From Syntrophales bacterium (GTDB lineage: Bacteria; Desulfobacterota; Syntrophia; Syntrophales; PHBD01): a DNA stretch of 64,000 nucleotides. The notes under the pieces are model-generated. The model made no database searches and had not been told where the DNA came from. It saw only the letters and a program-made list of their open reading frames with translations. Numbering within the stretch: position 1 is the stretch's first letter; each line of letters opens with the position of its first letter. Below, piece by piece: positions 41,422 through 50,172 of the stretch. Made by a program: the position numbers and the translations under genes. The stretch covers positions 1,728,001 to 1,792,000 of the forward strand of contig OY764159.1 of assembly GCA_963668175.1 (NCBI GenBank), read 5' to 3'.

Positions 41422-41819
41422 TCCACGCGACCGTCCGAAAAGGGTTGCTGCTATCCCCTTGATAAAAGTTACCGGTCTTATCCTTGCCCGGCCTGCGTGA
41501 ACATCTCAAGATAGATAGCAATATCGTCAATATATTCAATAGATGTACATTGTGCCGCCCTCCGTATGCTTCGCATCGAAGCGAATCCGGCCATTGGAAA
41601 ACCATGAGAAAATATACAGGGTCCATCATGGATTATCCAACGTTGCCATCCTCTGCAAACCTGTTATGCTCCACGCCGAAAAAGGTGGTTACTTCATTTC
41701 CGTCCAGTTCATTTACGAGATAACAATTTAATATAGCGACATCATGCCTGCACGGTGTTCAGCGACATCCCGGCAACGGGGATTGGTTTGCGAAACCGAG
41801 ACTTAAGGAGGATTGCATC

Positions 41820-42764
41820 ATGAAAGTATCCAAGGTCATGACGGCCAAGGAAGCGGTTTCCAGGTTTATCGATGACGGAATGACGGTGGCGATCGGCAGT
41901 TTCTTCCACACGATTGCTTATGACGTCACCCACGAAATCATCCGCCAGGGAAAGAAGCACCTCACCATTTGCGCGCCGAGTTTCAACGATCATGCCGATC
42001 AATTGATCGGGGCGGGATGCGTCGACCGGATCGAATCGTCCTACGTCTGGATGGAGGTATTCGGGCCTCTTTACAGCTTCAGGAGGGCGATTGAACAAGG
42101 GATCCCGCACAAAGTGGAAATGGAGGACTATACCAACTTTGCCATGACGGCGCGGCTGCTCGCCGGCGCGCTCGGCCTTCCCTATGTGCCGGTTCATTCC
42201 ATGAAGGGAAGCGATATGATGCGCTGTTCTTCCTGGAAAGGAGAAAACAAGGTCAGGCTGCTTAAGGATCCGTTCGGCAGCGGAGCGGAGCACGCCCTTG
42301 TCCCCGCCCTCACGCCGGATATCGGCTATATCCATGCGCAGCGAGGCGACGACGAAGGCAACTTCCAATTATGGGGAATTATGGGAGACGCTCCTTTCAG
42401 CATGAGGGCCTGCAAGCAGGTCATTGTCTCGGTTGAAGAGGTCGTGAGCCGTGACGTAATCGGACGCGATCCGAACCGGACCGTTATTCCGGGATATAAG
42501 GTCGTTGCCGTGATCGAAGCGCCCTTCGGCTCTCATCCCAAGAACTGTCAGGGCCACTACGGCGTCGACAAGGATTTTATCTTTAAATACATCCGCGAAT
42601 CCCGGACGGAAGAGGGTTGGAAAAAATTCATGGACGAATGGGTCTTCGGTGTGGCCGACCGATCGGAATATCTGAAGAAGTATGTCGATACGTTCGGGAT
42701 GGGGAAGTTCCTTAGTTTAAAAGCGAAGGATATGAGTTCCGGCTGTGTCAATTACGGATTTTAA
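41820..42764 (+). CDS. CoA-transferase alpha subunit (glutaconate CoA-transferase GctA-like)
   Basis: HEIIRQG, DQLIGAG, AGALGLPY, IHAQRGD..GN, EAPFGSHP. Confidence 0.88.
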   Translation: MKVSKVMTAKEAVSRFIDDGMTVAIGSFFHTIAYDVTHEIIRQGKKHLTICAPSFNDHADQLIGAGCVDRIESSYVWMEVFGPLYSFRRAIEQGIPHKVEMEDYTNFAMTARLLAGALGLPYVPVHSMKGSDMMRCSSWKGENKVRLLKDPFGSGAEHALVPALTPDIGYIHAQRGDDEGNFQLWGIMGDAPFSMRACKQVIVSVEEVVSRDVIGRDPNRTVIPGYKVVAVIEAPFGSHPKNCQGHYGVDKDFIFKYIRESRTEEGWKKFMDEWVFGVADRSEYLKKYVDTFGMGKFLSLKAKDMSSGCVNYGF

Positions 42765-42775
42765 GGGGGCGGATC

Positions 42776-43555
42776 ATGACTGAAAAATATACCGATTTTA
42801 CTCTGCAGGAACTGATGGCTGTCGCAGCGGCGAGGGAAATTCAAGACGGAGAAAAAGTCATCATCGGAACGGGACTCCCGCTCTTGGCGGCGTTTCTGGC
42901 TCAGAAAACCCATGCTCCCAATATGATGGCCATATACGAATCCGGGGCCATTGATTGCAGGCCCGCCGTTACGCCCTTGTCGGTAGCGGACGCCGTGCTG
43001 GTCCCGGGGGCCGCTATGCAGGGGGGGCTTATCGAAGCCCTCGGTATTGTCCATAAAGGAGAACTCGACGTGGGATTTCTTGGCGGTGCCCAGATAGACA
43101 AATACGGCAATCTCAACACGCATGTCATCGGCGATTATTACAGCCCGAAGGTACGCTTCGCGGGAAGCGGGGGATCGAACGATATCGGCGCCGGCTGCAA
43201 AAGAACGATCGTCATGATGCTCCACCAGAAGCAGCGTTTTCCCGAAAAAGTCGATTTCGTCACGACGCCGGGCTATTTCGGCGGACCCGGTCAGCGGGAA
43301 CAAATGGGCTTTCCGGGAGGCGGCCCCAGCGTCGTCGTTTCGACGATGGGCATTCTTCGCTTTCACCGGGAAACGAAAGAAATGTACCTCGAATCGTACC
43401 ATCCCGGGGTGGCCGTCGAACAGATCAAGGCCACGACCGGATGGGACCTTATGGTTGCCGAGAACGTCAGGGAAACGGAGCGGCCTTCGCCCGACCTGAT
43501 CAGGATTCTGCGGGAAGAGATCGATCCCACGGGGGTCTTTTTGAAGAAGCAATAG
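42776..43555 (+). CDS. CoA-transferase beta subunit (GctB-like)
   Basis: IGTGLP, IYESG (catalytic Glu), GGAQIDKYGNLN, GSGGSND. Confidence 0.88.
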   Translation: MTEKYTDFTLQELMAVAAAREIQDGEKVIIGTGLPLLAAFLAQKTHAPNMMAIYESGAIDCRPAVTPLSVADAVLVPGAAMQGGLIEALGIVHKGELDVGFLGGAQIDKYGNLNTHVIGDYYSPKVRFAGSGGSNDIGAGCKRTIVMMLHQKQRFPEKVDFVTTPGYFGGPGQREQMGFPGGGPSVVVSTMGILRFHRETKEMYLESYHPGVAVEQIKATTGWDLMVAENVRETERPSPDLIRILREEIDPTGVFLKKQ

Positions 43556-43564
43556 GAAGGAGGA

Positions 43565-44347
43565 ATGGAATCGTTCATGGAAGAAAAGAAGGACATCATC
43601 ATTTTCACGAGAAAAGACGGCGTGGCGGTTTTGACTTTTAACCGCCCCGAGTCTTTAAACGCGTTGAACAAGAATGTCAATTTAAGGCTCATCGAGTTTC
43701 TTCTCCAGGCGGAAGCGGACCCCGATATCAGGGTCGTCGTTCTGACGGGCTCGGGAAAGGCTTTCGTTGCCGGAGGCGATATCAAGGAGATGTATGGAAA
43801 GGATGCGATGGAAGCAAGGGCTTATGCCCTTCAGGCAAAGCGGGTTACGGATACGATCTGGAACCTGGGCAAACCCGTCATCGCTGCGATTAACGGTCTG
43901 TGTCTCGGCGGAGGGTTGGAGTATGCCATGGCTTGCGACCTGAGGACCGCTTCGGAGAACGCGAAGTTCGGGCAGCCCGAAATCAATATCGGGATCATGC
44001 CGGGAAGCGCGGGGACGCAGAGGCTTCCACGCCTGATCGGCATGACGAAGGCCAAGGAGTTCTGTTTTACCGGCGTCATGTTCGACGCAAGAACGGCGTT
44101 CGATCTCGGTTTGGTCAACTATGTCTACCCCGCTGCCTCCTTCATGGAAGAGACGCTCGCGCTGGCAGGACAAATCGCTGCCAAGTCGGCACCGGCCCTC
44201 AAGCTGATCAAGTCGGCGATCAACCACGGGGCGGATGCGGACATCGAGACCGGATCGCTCTTTGAAATCGACTGCTTCGGCCTTTGCTTCTCGACGCAGG
44301 AGCAGAAAGACAGCATGAGGGCCTTTGTGGAAAAGAGCGGAAAATAA
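43565..44347 (+). CDS. Enoyl-CoA hydratase
   Basis: NRPESLNAL, FVAGGDI, LGGGLEYAMACD, QPEINIGIMPG. Confidence 0.9.
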   Translation: MESFMEEKKDIIIFTRKDGVAVLTFNRPESLNALNKNVNLRLIEFLLQAEADPDIRVVVLTGSGKAFVAGGDIKEMYGKDAMEARAYALQAKRVTDTIWNLGKPVIAAINGLCLGGGLEYAMACDLRTASENAKFGQPEINIGIMPGSAGTQRLPRLIGMTKAKEFCFTGVMFDARTAFDLGLVNYVYPAASFMEETLALAGQIAAKSAPALKLIKSAINHGADADIETGSLFEIDCFGLCFSTQEQKDSMRAFVEKSGK

Positions 44348-44371
44348 GGCGGAGAAAGGAGAAAAAGAGCA

Positions 44372-45229
44372 ATGTCGGAAAAGATAACCGTGATCGGTGC
44401 GGGCACCATGGGTGCCGGAATTGCGCAGATCGCGATGGAAGCTGGATTTGAAGTCGCCCTGGTCGATACGGAGCAGAAATTCGTCGACCGGGGCGTGGAG
44501 GGCATCGGAAAGTTTCTGGAACGCAAAATCGCCAAAGGGACGTACACGCCGGAACAGGGCAAAGCTATAGAAGGACGGCTGACGGGTACGACGGACATGA
44601 AGACGGGCGTCGAAGATGCCGCCATGGTTGTCGAGGCGGTTTTCGAGAATATCGATCTCAAAAAGAAGATCTTCCAAACGCTCGATGCCTTGTGTCCGGA
44701 AGAAACGATCCTTGCCAGCAACACCTCGACCCTGAGCATATCGCTCATTTCATCGGCGACCAGCAAACCGTCCCGCGTCATCGGGACCCATTATTTCAGC
44801 CCGGTGCCGCTTATGCGTCTGGTGGAAGTCATCAGGGGCGATAAAACGTCCGAGGCGGCGACGATGAAGACCGTGGAGCTCTGCAAGAGGTTCGGCAAGA
44901 CCCCCATCGTAGTCAAGGATATTCCGGGATTCATCGTCAACCGGTTCCTTTGTCTTCTCTATAACGAAGCGGCCAACATGGTCGGAAAGGGTCTGGCCAC
45001 GGCGGAAGACATCGATACCGCTCTCAAACTCGGCTGCAACTGGCCCATGGGCGTCGCCGAGATCATGGACATGGCCGGCGTGGACGTGGTCCTTTACGCC
45101 ATGCGCGCGATGTATTCCATGACGGGGGAAGAGCGTTACAAACCTTCACCCCTTCTGGAGGCGATGGTGGCGGAAAACAGACTGGGAAGGAAGACGGGCA
45201 AGGGATTTTACACAGGAGGGAAGTCATGA
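44372..45229 (+). CDS. 3-hydroxyacyl-CoA dehydrogenase
   Basis: VIGAGTMGAGIA, EAVFE, ASNTS, THYFSP, GRKTGKGFY. Confidence 0.9.
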   Translation: MSEKITVIGAGTMGAGIAQIAMEAGFEVALVDTEQKFVDRGVEGIGKFLERKIAKGTYTPEQGKAIEGRLTGTTDMKTGVEDAAMVVEAVFENIDLKKKIFQTLDALCPEETILASNTSTLSISLISSATSKPSRVIGTHYFSPVPLMRLVEVIRGDKTSEAATMKTVELCKRFGKTPIVVKDIPGFIVNRFLCLLYNEAANMVGKGLATAEDIDTALKLGCNWPMGVAEIMDMAGVDVVLYAMRAMYSMTGEERYKPSPLLEAMVAENRLGRKTGKGFYTGGKS

Positions 45230-46446
45230 AGAAGAATGATGTTGTCATCGTAAGCGCCGTCCGGACGCCCTTCGGGCGATACGACGGCGTTCTGAAAAAT
45301 GTTTTAAGCATGGATCTCGGTGTCCTGGCGGTGAAGGAAGTCATCGCGAAGATCGGTCTCGACGCGTCGCAGGTGGACGAACTCTATTACGGCACATGCA
45401 TTCCGGCGGAATACGCCATATACACAAACGTGCCGGCGCGGCAGATCACGCTGCTTGCGGGGTTTCCGGAAAAGAACATTTCCCTCACGATCGACCGGGC
45501 GTGCTGCTCCTCGATGACGGCGCTCCGCCTGGGCTGCCGCGCCATCAAGTCCGGCGATGCCGAGGTTGTGATTGCAGCCGGAGCGGAGAATATGGGCAAT
45601 ACGCCGCTTATCGCAGGCGCCGCGAAGGCCCGCTGGGGAGCGCGCCTGGGACCGATCGAACTGGAGGACGTGCTTTTTGAGCTGGGATACGGACGTAAAG
45701 GCTTTGCGCCCGTCGCGACCGACGCGGGCTTCGTGGCCGAGGAATTCGGCGTGACCAGACAGATGCAGGACGAATGGGCACTGCAAAGCCATGAGCGGTA
45801 CAACCAAGCCTTCAAGGATGGGAAGTTCAAAGTGGGCGAAGAGCTGATGCGGATCGATATCCCCCAGAAAAAAGCCCCCGTCGTACTCGAACGTGACGAA
45901 TCGCCCCGGGAGAACCTCAGCATGGATAAGCTGGCGGCCCTGAAGACCGTTTACGGCAGCCCCACGGTCACCGCCGGCAATGCGCCGGGGCTGAACTCCG
46001 GAGCGTCGGCCATGGTCCTGATGAGCCGGGAAAAAGCGGAGTCCCTGAATCTCAAGCCTATGGCTGAAATCGTTGCCTGCGAAAGCGGGGCAGGGACCCC
46101 GAAGTATATGGCGTGCGTTCCCGCCGAAACCATTGAGAAGATGTTCGCAAAATCGAATAGGACCATTGACGATGTCGATCTCGTTGAAATCAACGAAGCC
46201 TTTGCGGCCGTGACCCTGGTTTCGCTCAAGATGCTTGCCGGCGGCGATCCGAAGAAACTCGATGAGCTGAAAGACAAGACCAATGTCAACGGCGGGGCGA
46301 TCGCCATCGGTCATCCGGTCGGTGCGAGCGGCGCCAGGATCACCATGACCATGATGTACGAACTCATGAGGCGGGGCGGAGGCACGGGCGTGGCCGCCAT
46401 CTGCGGAGGACTGTCACAGGGCGAAGCGCTCATGCTCAGGGTATAA
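45226..46446 (+). CDS. Thiolase (acetyl-CoA C-acyltransferase)
   Basis: RTPFG, DRACCSS, EINEAFA, GHPVGASG, AICGG. Confidence 0.92.
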   Translation: MKKNDVVIVSAVRTPFGRYDGVLKNVLSMDLGVLAVKEVIAKIGLDASQVDELYYGTCIPAEYAIYTNVPARQITLLAGFPEKNISLTIDRACCSSMTALRLGCRAIKSGDAEVVIAAGAENMGNTPLIAGAAKARWGARLGPIELEDVLFELGYGRKGFAPVATDAGFVAEEFGVTRQMQDEWALQSHERYNQAFKDGKFKVGEELMRIDIPQKKAPVVLERDESPRENLSMDKLAALKTVYGSPTVTAGNAPGLNSGASAMVLMSREKAESLNLKPMAEIVACESGAGTPKYMACVPAETIEKMFAKSNRTIDDVDLVEINEAFAAVTLVSLKMLAGGDPKKLDELKDKTNVNGGAIAIGHPVGASGARITMTMMYELMRRGGGTGVAAICGGLSQGEALMLRV

Positions 46447-46458
46447 TCATTAAAGGAG

Positions 46459-47613
46459 ATGAAGAAGATGGATTTCAGATTGACGGAAGATCAGATCATG
46501 CTGAGGGACACCGTCCGACGGATCGCCTCGGAAAACTTTGCCCCGAAAGCGGCCGAAATAGACGAGAAAGAAATTTTCCCGGAAGAGAACTATAAAATAC
46601 TTGCGGAAAACGGGCTGCTCGGCATCCAGATTCCGGAAGAATACGGCGGGGCGGGAGCAGGCATGCTTTCGATGATTCTTGCGATCGAGGAGGTTGCAAA
46701 GGCTTGTGCCTCTACTTCGGTCATGATGACGACGCAAGCCCTCGCCAGCGATCCTTTTCTTATTGCCGGAAACGAGGAACAGAAGAAAACGCTCCTGTAC
46801 CGTCTTGCCTCGGGGCAGTGCCTCGGGGCGGTGGGCATCACGGAGCCCGGCGCCGGTTCCGATGTGGCGGGAATGAAGACCATGGCAACGAAGGTGGACG
46901 GCGGGTATGTCCTGAACGGAGCGAAGATATTCATCACGGACGGCGGCGTTTCCGAACTGGCTACGATCCTCTGCTACACGGATAAAGCCAGGAGTAACAG
47001 AGGAATCAGCATGTTGGTCGTCGAAAAGGGAGCCAAGGGCTTCACGGTCGGAAAGAAGGAGCACAAGATGGGGATTCGCGGCTCCGACACGCGGGAACTC
47101 ATCCTGGATGACGTATTCGTTCCGGATTCGCACCTCCTGGGGCCTGAGGGCACAGGGTTCAAGACGCTGATGACAACATTCAATTACACGAGGCCCGGCG
47201 TCGCCGCCCAGGCGCTCGGCATCGCCCAGGGCGCTTTCGATGCCGCGGTCCATTATGCGAAAGAGAGGGTTCAGTTCGGAAGAAGTCTGGCATCGTTTCA
47301 GGGGCTGCAATGGATGATATCCGAAATGGCGCTTCAGATAGAGTTGGCAAGAACCATCACCTATAGGGCTGCGTCGCTCATAGACAATGATCCGGATTCG
47401 CCGGATATCCCCCGGCTGGCGTCCATGGCGAAATGGCACGCCTCGGATACCGCCATGAAAGTCACAACGGATGCCGTTCAGATATTCGGCGGCTATGGAT
47501 ACATCAGGGAGTATCCCGTGGAAAGAATGATGCGCGATGCGAAGATCACGCAAATCTATGAAGGAACGAACCAGATTCAGCGGATGATCATCGCGGGGCA
47601 GATCCTGAAATGA
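46459..47613 (+). CDS. Acyl-CoA dehydrogenase
   Basis: ITEPGAGSD, NGAKIFIT, GGYGY, QIYEGTNQIQR. Confidence 0.92.
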   Translation: MKKMDFRLTEDQIMLRDTVRRIASENFAPKAAEIDEKEIFPEENYKILAENGLLGIQIPEEYGGAGAGMLSMILAIEEVAKACASTSVMMTTQALASDPFLIAGNEEQKKTLLYRLASGQCLGAVGITEPGAGSDVAGMKTMATKVDGGYVLNGAKIFITDGGVSELATILCYTDKARSNRGISMLVVEKGAKGFTVGKKEHKMGIRGSDTRELILDDVFVPDSHLLGPEGTGFKTLMTTFNYTRPGVAAQALGIAQGAFDAAVHYAKERVQFGRSLASFQGLQWMISEMALQIELARTITYRAASLIDNDPDSPDIPRLASMAKWHASDTAMKVTTDAVQIFGGYGYIREYPVERMMRDAKITQIYEGTNQIQRMIIAGQILK

Positions 47614-47713
47614 CGGATTGAAGAAGCGAAAGGAAGGGGGTGATGCCCGGAAGCAGCAGACGACAGATAGTTTCAGATGTTCGCAAACAAATAAAGAGAG
47701 GGGATATGCAACT

Positions 47714-49030
47714 ATGTCAAATCAAGCTATTGCGACACAGTCTATATCGGTAGCCAAACCTGAAAGCGGCACCAGGTGGTTTGTCGTTTTCTGGCTCGCC
47801 ATGGGGACGATGATCAATTACATCGACCGCGTGAATTTCGGTGTCGCGACACCGACGTTGATGAAGGAGTTCAATCTCGGTACGGCAGAGATGGGCATTC
47901 TGATGTCGGCCTTCTTCTGGTCCTATACGCTGATGATGCTCCCTTCAGGGTATTTTCTCAATAAGATCGGGCCGAAGAAGGTTCTCGGTATTGCGGGCAT
48001 TGCCTGGGGCGCCGTAACGATGCTGGTCGCTGCCTGTTCGGGATTCGCTTCATTCCTTGCCCTTCGCATCGGCATAGGCGTTACCGAAGCGCCGGCCTTC
48101 CCGGCCAATGCACGGGTTGTCTCCGTGTGGGTTCCGAAACGGGAAAGGACGTTCGCCTCGGCCATATTCGACTGCTCGGCCAGAGCCGGGAGCGCGTTTG
48201 CTCCGCCAATGGTTGCCTTCATTATTGCCGCCTGGGGCTGGAAGATGTCCTTTGTCCTGACCGGCGCCCTGGCCGTGGTGTGGGGCTTCCTATGGTTCCT
48301 CTGGTATCATGAGCCGTCGGACCATCCGAAGATCACGGCGTCCGAATTGGCCTATATCCGCCAGGACGAGGTCGTTCACAGCGACGGCACGGTCCAGAGC
48401 CATCCCATACCCATGACCCGATTGGTGACGTATCCGGTTATTTTAAAGGCAACGCTCGGTTATGCTCTATATCTTTATGTATGGACGGTCTTTCTCTACT
48501 GGATTCCCACCTATCTGATGAAGGTAAGGGGGCTGTCGCTGAAGGAGATGGGGATAGCGGCCTCTATTCCGTACATTGTGGCCGTCTTCGGGGAGCTCCT
48601 GGGCGGTAAAGTATTCGATAAATGGTACGACAGGGGTGCAACCACCACCGCATTGAGGCGAACAGGAATGGGAATCGGTATGTTCGGCGCGGCTGTCTTC
48701 ATCTGGATGTGCATGCAGGCGACGACGCCGTTCTGGGCGATTTTCTGGCTGAGCGCCTTTGCGGGAATCTTCGCCTTCGGCGCCTCCAATGTCTGGGCCA
48801 TTCCGAGCGACATCGCCCCTTACGGCCAGGCGGGCGGCGTGGGCGGCGTCTATAATTTCGTCGGCAATTTCGGCGCCCTTTTTGCCCCGATCGTTACCGG
48901 GTATCTCGCGGCATCCGCTTACGGATTCAACGGTGCTTTCGCGATTTGCGTGGTTTTCTCCATCGTCGGCGGCTTGCTCTTTGTGTTCAACTCATACGAG
49001 AGACTGAAACCGAAAACTCAGGACCTTTAA
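47714..49030 (+). CDS. MFS transporter (close paralog of 35154-36455)
   Basis: INYIDRVNFGVATP, SELAYIRQDEVV and IPSD.APYGQAGGV are shared with the module-2 MFS. Confidence 0.9.
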   Translation: MSNQAIATQSISVAKPESGTRWFVVFWLAMGTMINYIDRVNFGVATPTLMKEFNLGTAEMGILMSAFFWSYTLMMLPSGYFLNKIGPKKVLGIAGIAWGAVTMLVAACSGFASFLALRIGIGVTEAPAFPANARVVSVWVPKRERTFASAIFDCSARAGSAFAPPMVAFIIAAWGWKMSFVLTGALAVVWGFLWFLWYHEPSDHPKITASELAYIRQDEVVHSDGTVQSHPIPMTRLVTYPVILKATLGYALYLYVWTVFLYWIPTYLMKVRGLSLKEMGIAASIPYIVAVFGELLGGKVFDKWYDRGATTTALRRTGMGIGMFGAAVFIWMCMQATTPFWAIFWLSAFAGIFAFGASNVWAIPSDIAPYGQAGGVGGVYNFVGNFGALFAPIVTGYLAASAYGFNGAFAICVVFSIVGGLLFVFNSYERLKPKTQDL

Positions 49031-49513
49031 GATGCCATATCGAACGCCAAATCTGAAATAAGAACCTGCCTCCTCCTCATGCAGGAGGTCAAGTTGTTCC
49101 ACCACAGCAGCTCTGACCTCCTGCACGACGGAAGGAACGAAACCCGAAACTTAAACGGGGTTGTATCTGACTACAGTGATGCGGAATGTCGGCACGCTAA
49201 TGGGGTATGGCATGGCTTGTTGATTGTCGTTTGTAATGTTCACTGCCGACTTGGATTATTGTCCAATTGGCTACAGGAAAACATCTTGATCCGCAATCTT
49301 CCTTCCTTACACCTGTTTTCAGAAATGCATCATCCGGAATCGATTAAGATGAGATCGCTTTCTATGGTCATTAGAAGCACACGGGTGACTGGAAAACGCT
49401 CAGGGCTGAAAGGACCGCTTTCTTCTCCAAGAACGAACCGGCGTCCCAAAACGGGTCCGGTTTTGAATCAAGCCTTGGGGAGAGGGTCGTTTCCATGATC
49501 TGTTCTCCGGTGG

Positions 49514-49661
49514 CACGTGGTCATTTTATGTCGTCAAACCTGTCTTCATACCAACAGATGAAAATAGCGCACATTTCTCTTGACCAGCAGGTTGTCGGTT
49601 CGATCCCGGCAGGGCTTACCGAATATCAAGGGGTTGCGAAATTCGTAACCCCTTCTTTTTT
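49514..49661 (+). repeat. att junction D (degenerate)
   Basis: Core 49576-49621 has 7/46 mismatches to the tRNA 3' end; conserved left arm; right arm resembles that of C and includes TATCAAGGGGTTG. Confidence 0.8.
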
Positions 49662-49962
49662 TAATATAGTAACCATATCATATCGTGCCGAATCCCTAAG
49701 CAGCATACGTCGCAGGTATCGTTCTGCCGACACCGATTGTGCCGATAGACAGGAATCCTTCCCCAATATCATCTAGAGCCGTCTGAATTGGCTGAGAATG
49801 GGAAAGAAGGGATTTTGACCTGATTGTCAAAATGATTTCTATTTTCATCTCAAACTGAACCTTCGAAAAAAGATAGATCTCGTCAGATGGCCAGCGGTGA
49901 CTTGGATATAACCATCTTATCCTCATCAAAGGTATCCATACTGCCTTGTGTCGAATAATTTA

Positions 49963-49998
49963 TGTTCCGAATCAGGACGAGTGTTCGGGATCGGAACA
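49963..49998. promoter_or_regulatory. Candidate enhancer (UAS) sites for a sigma54 activator
   Basis: TGTTCCGAATCAGGACG and TGTTCGGGATCGGAACA imperfect palindromes about 100-140 bp upstream of the -24 element. Confidence 0.45.
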
Positions 49999-50099
49999 TC
50001 TGAAAAACCGATGCTTTTCCGGAAGACACAAGGCACGAATCAAAAAAATCACAATCATAATAATGGACTGCAGCCGGTCAAGCCGCCGGCCGTCGATGA

Positions 50100-50115
50100 C
50101 GGCATGCAAATTGCC
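50100..50115 (+). promoter_or_regulatory. Sigma54 (-24/-12) promoter of the aco-like operon
   Basis: CGGCATGCAAATTGCC (GG-N10-GC); an AcoR-like activator is encoded in the same module. Confidence 0.6.
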
Positions 50116-50172
50116 ATTGCTTGGATACACGCAAGATCATCACGACCGGATCGAAGACACAAGGAGGCATCC

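Larger units (their letters stand above)
39447..49621. mobile_element. Integrated module 3 (CoA-transferase/beta-oxidation cassette, no integrase)
   Basis: Flanked by tRNA-Lys 3' repeats at 39401 and 49576. Confidence 0.7.

Noticed and set aside
27299..49621. The three tRNA-like repeats as additional tRNA genes
   Set aside because: They lack the 5' acceptor strand and D-arm; only the 3' 46 nt are present, as expected for att cores.
24455..49621. CRISPR array
   Set aside because: The repeats are kilobases apart and tRNA-derived; I saw no short repeat-spacer periodicity or cas genes anywhere in the window.
49079..49929. Short ORFs around junction D (49079-49498, 49495-49776, 49696-49929)
   Set aside because: No recognisable motifs, and they overlap the att site and hairpins; probably non-coding or decayed DNA.
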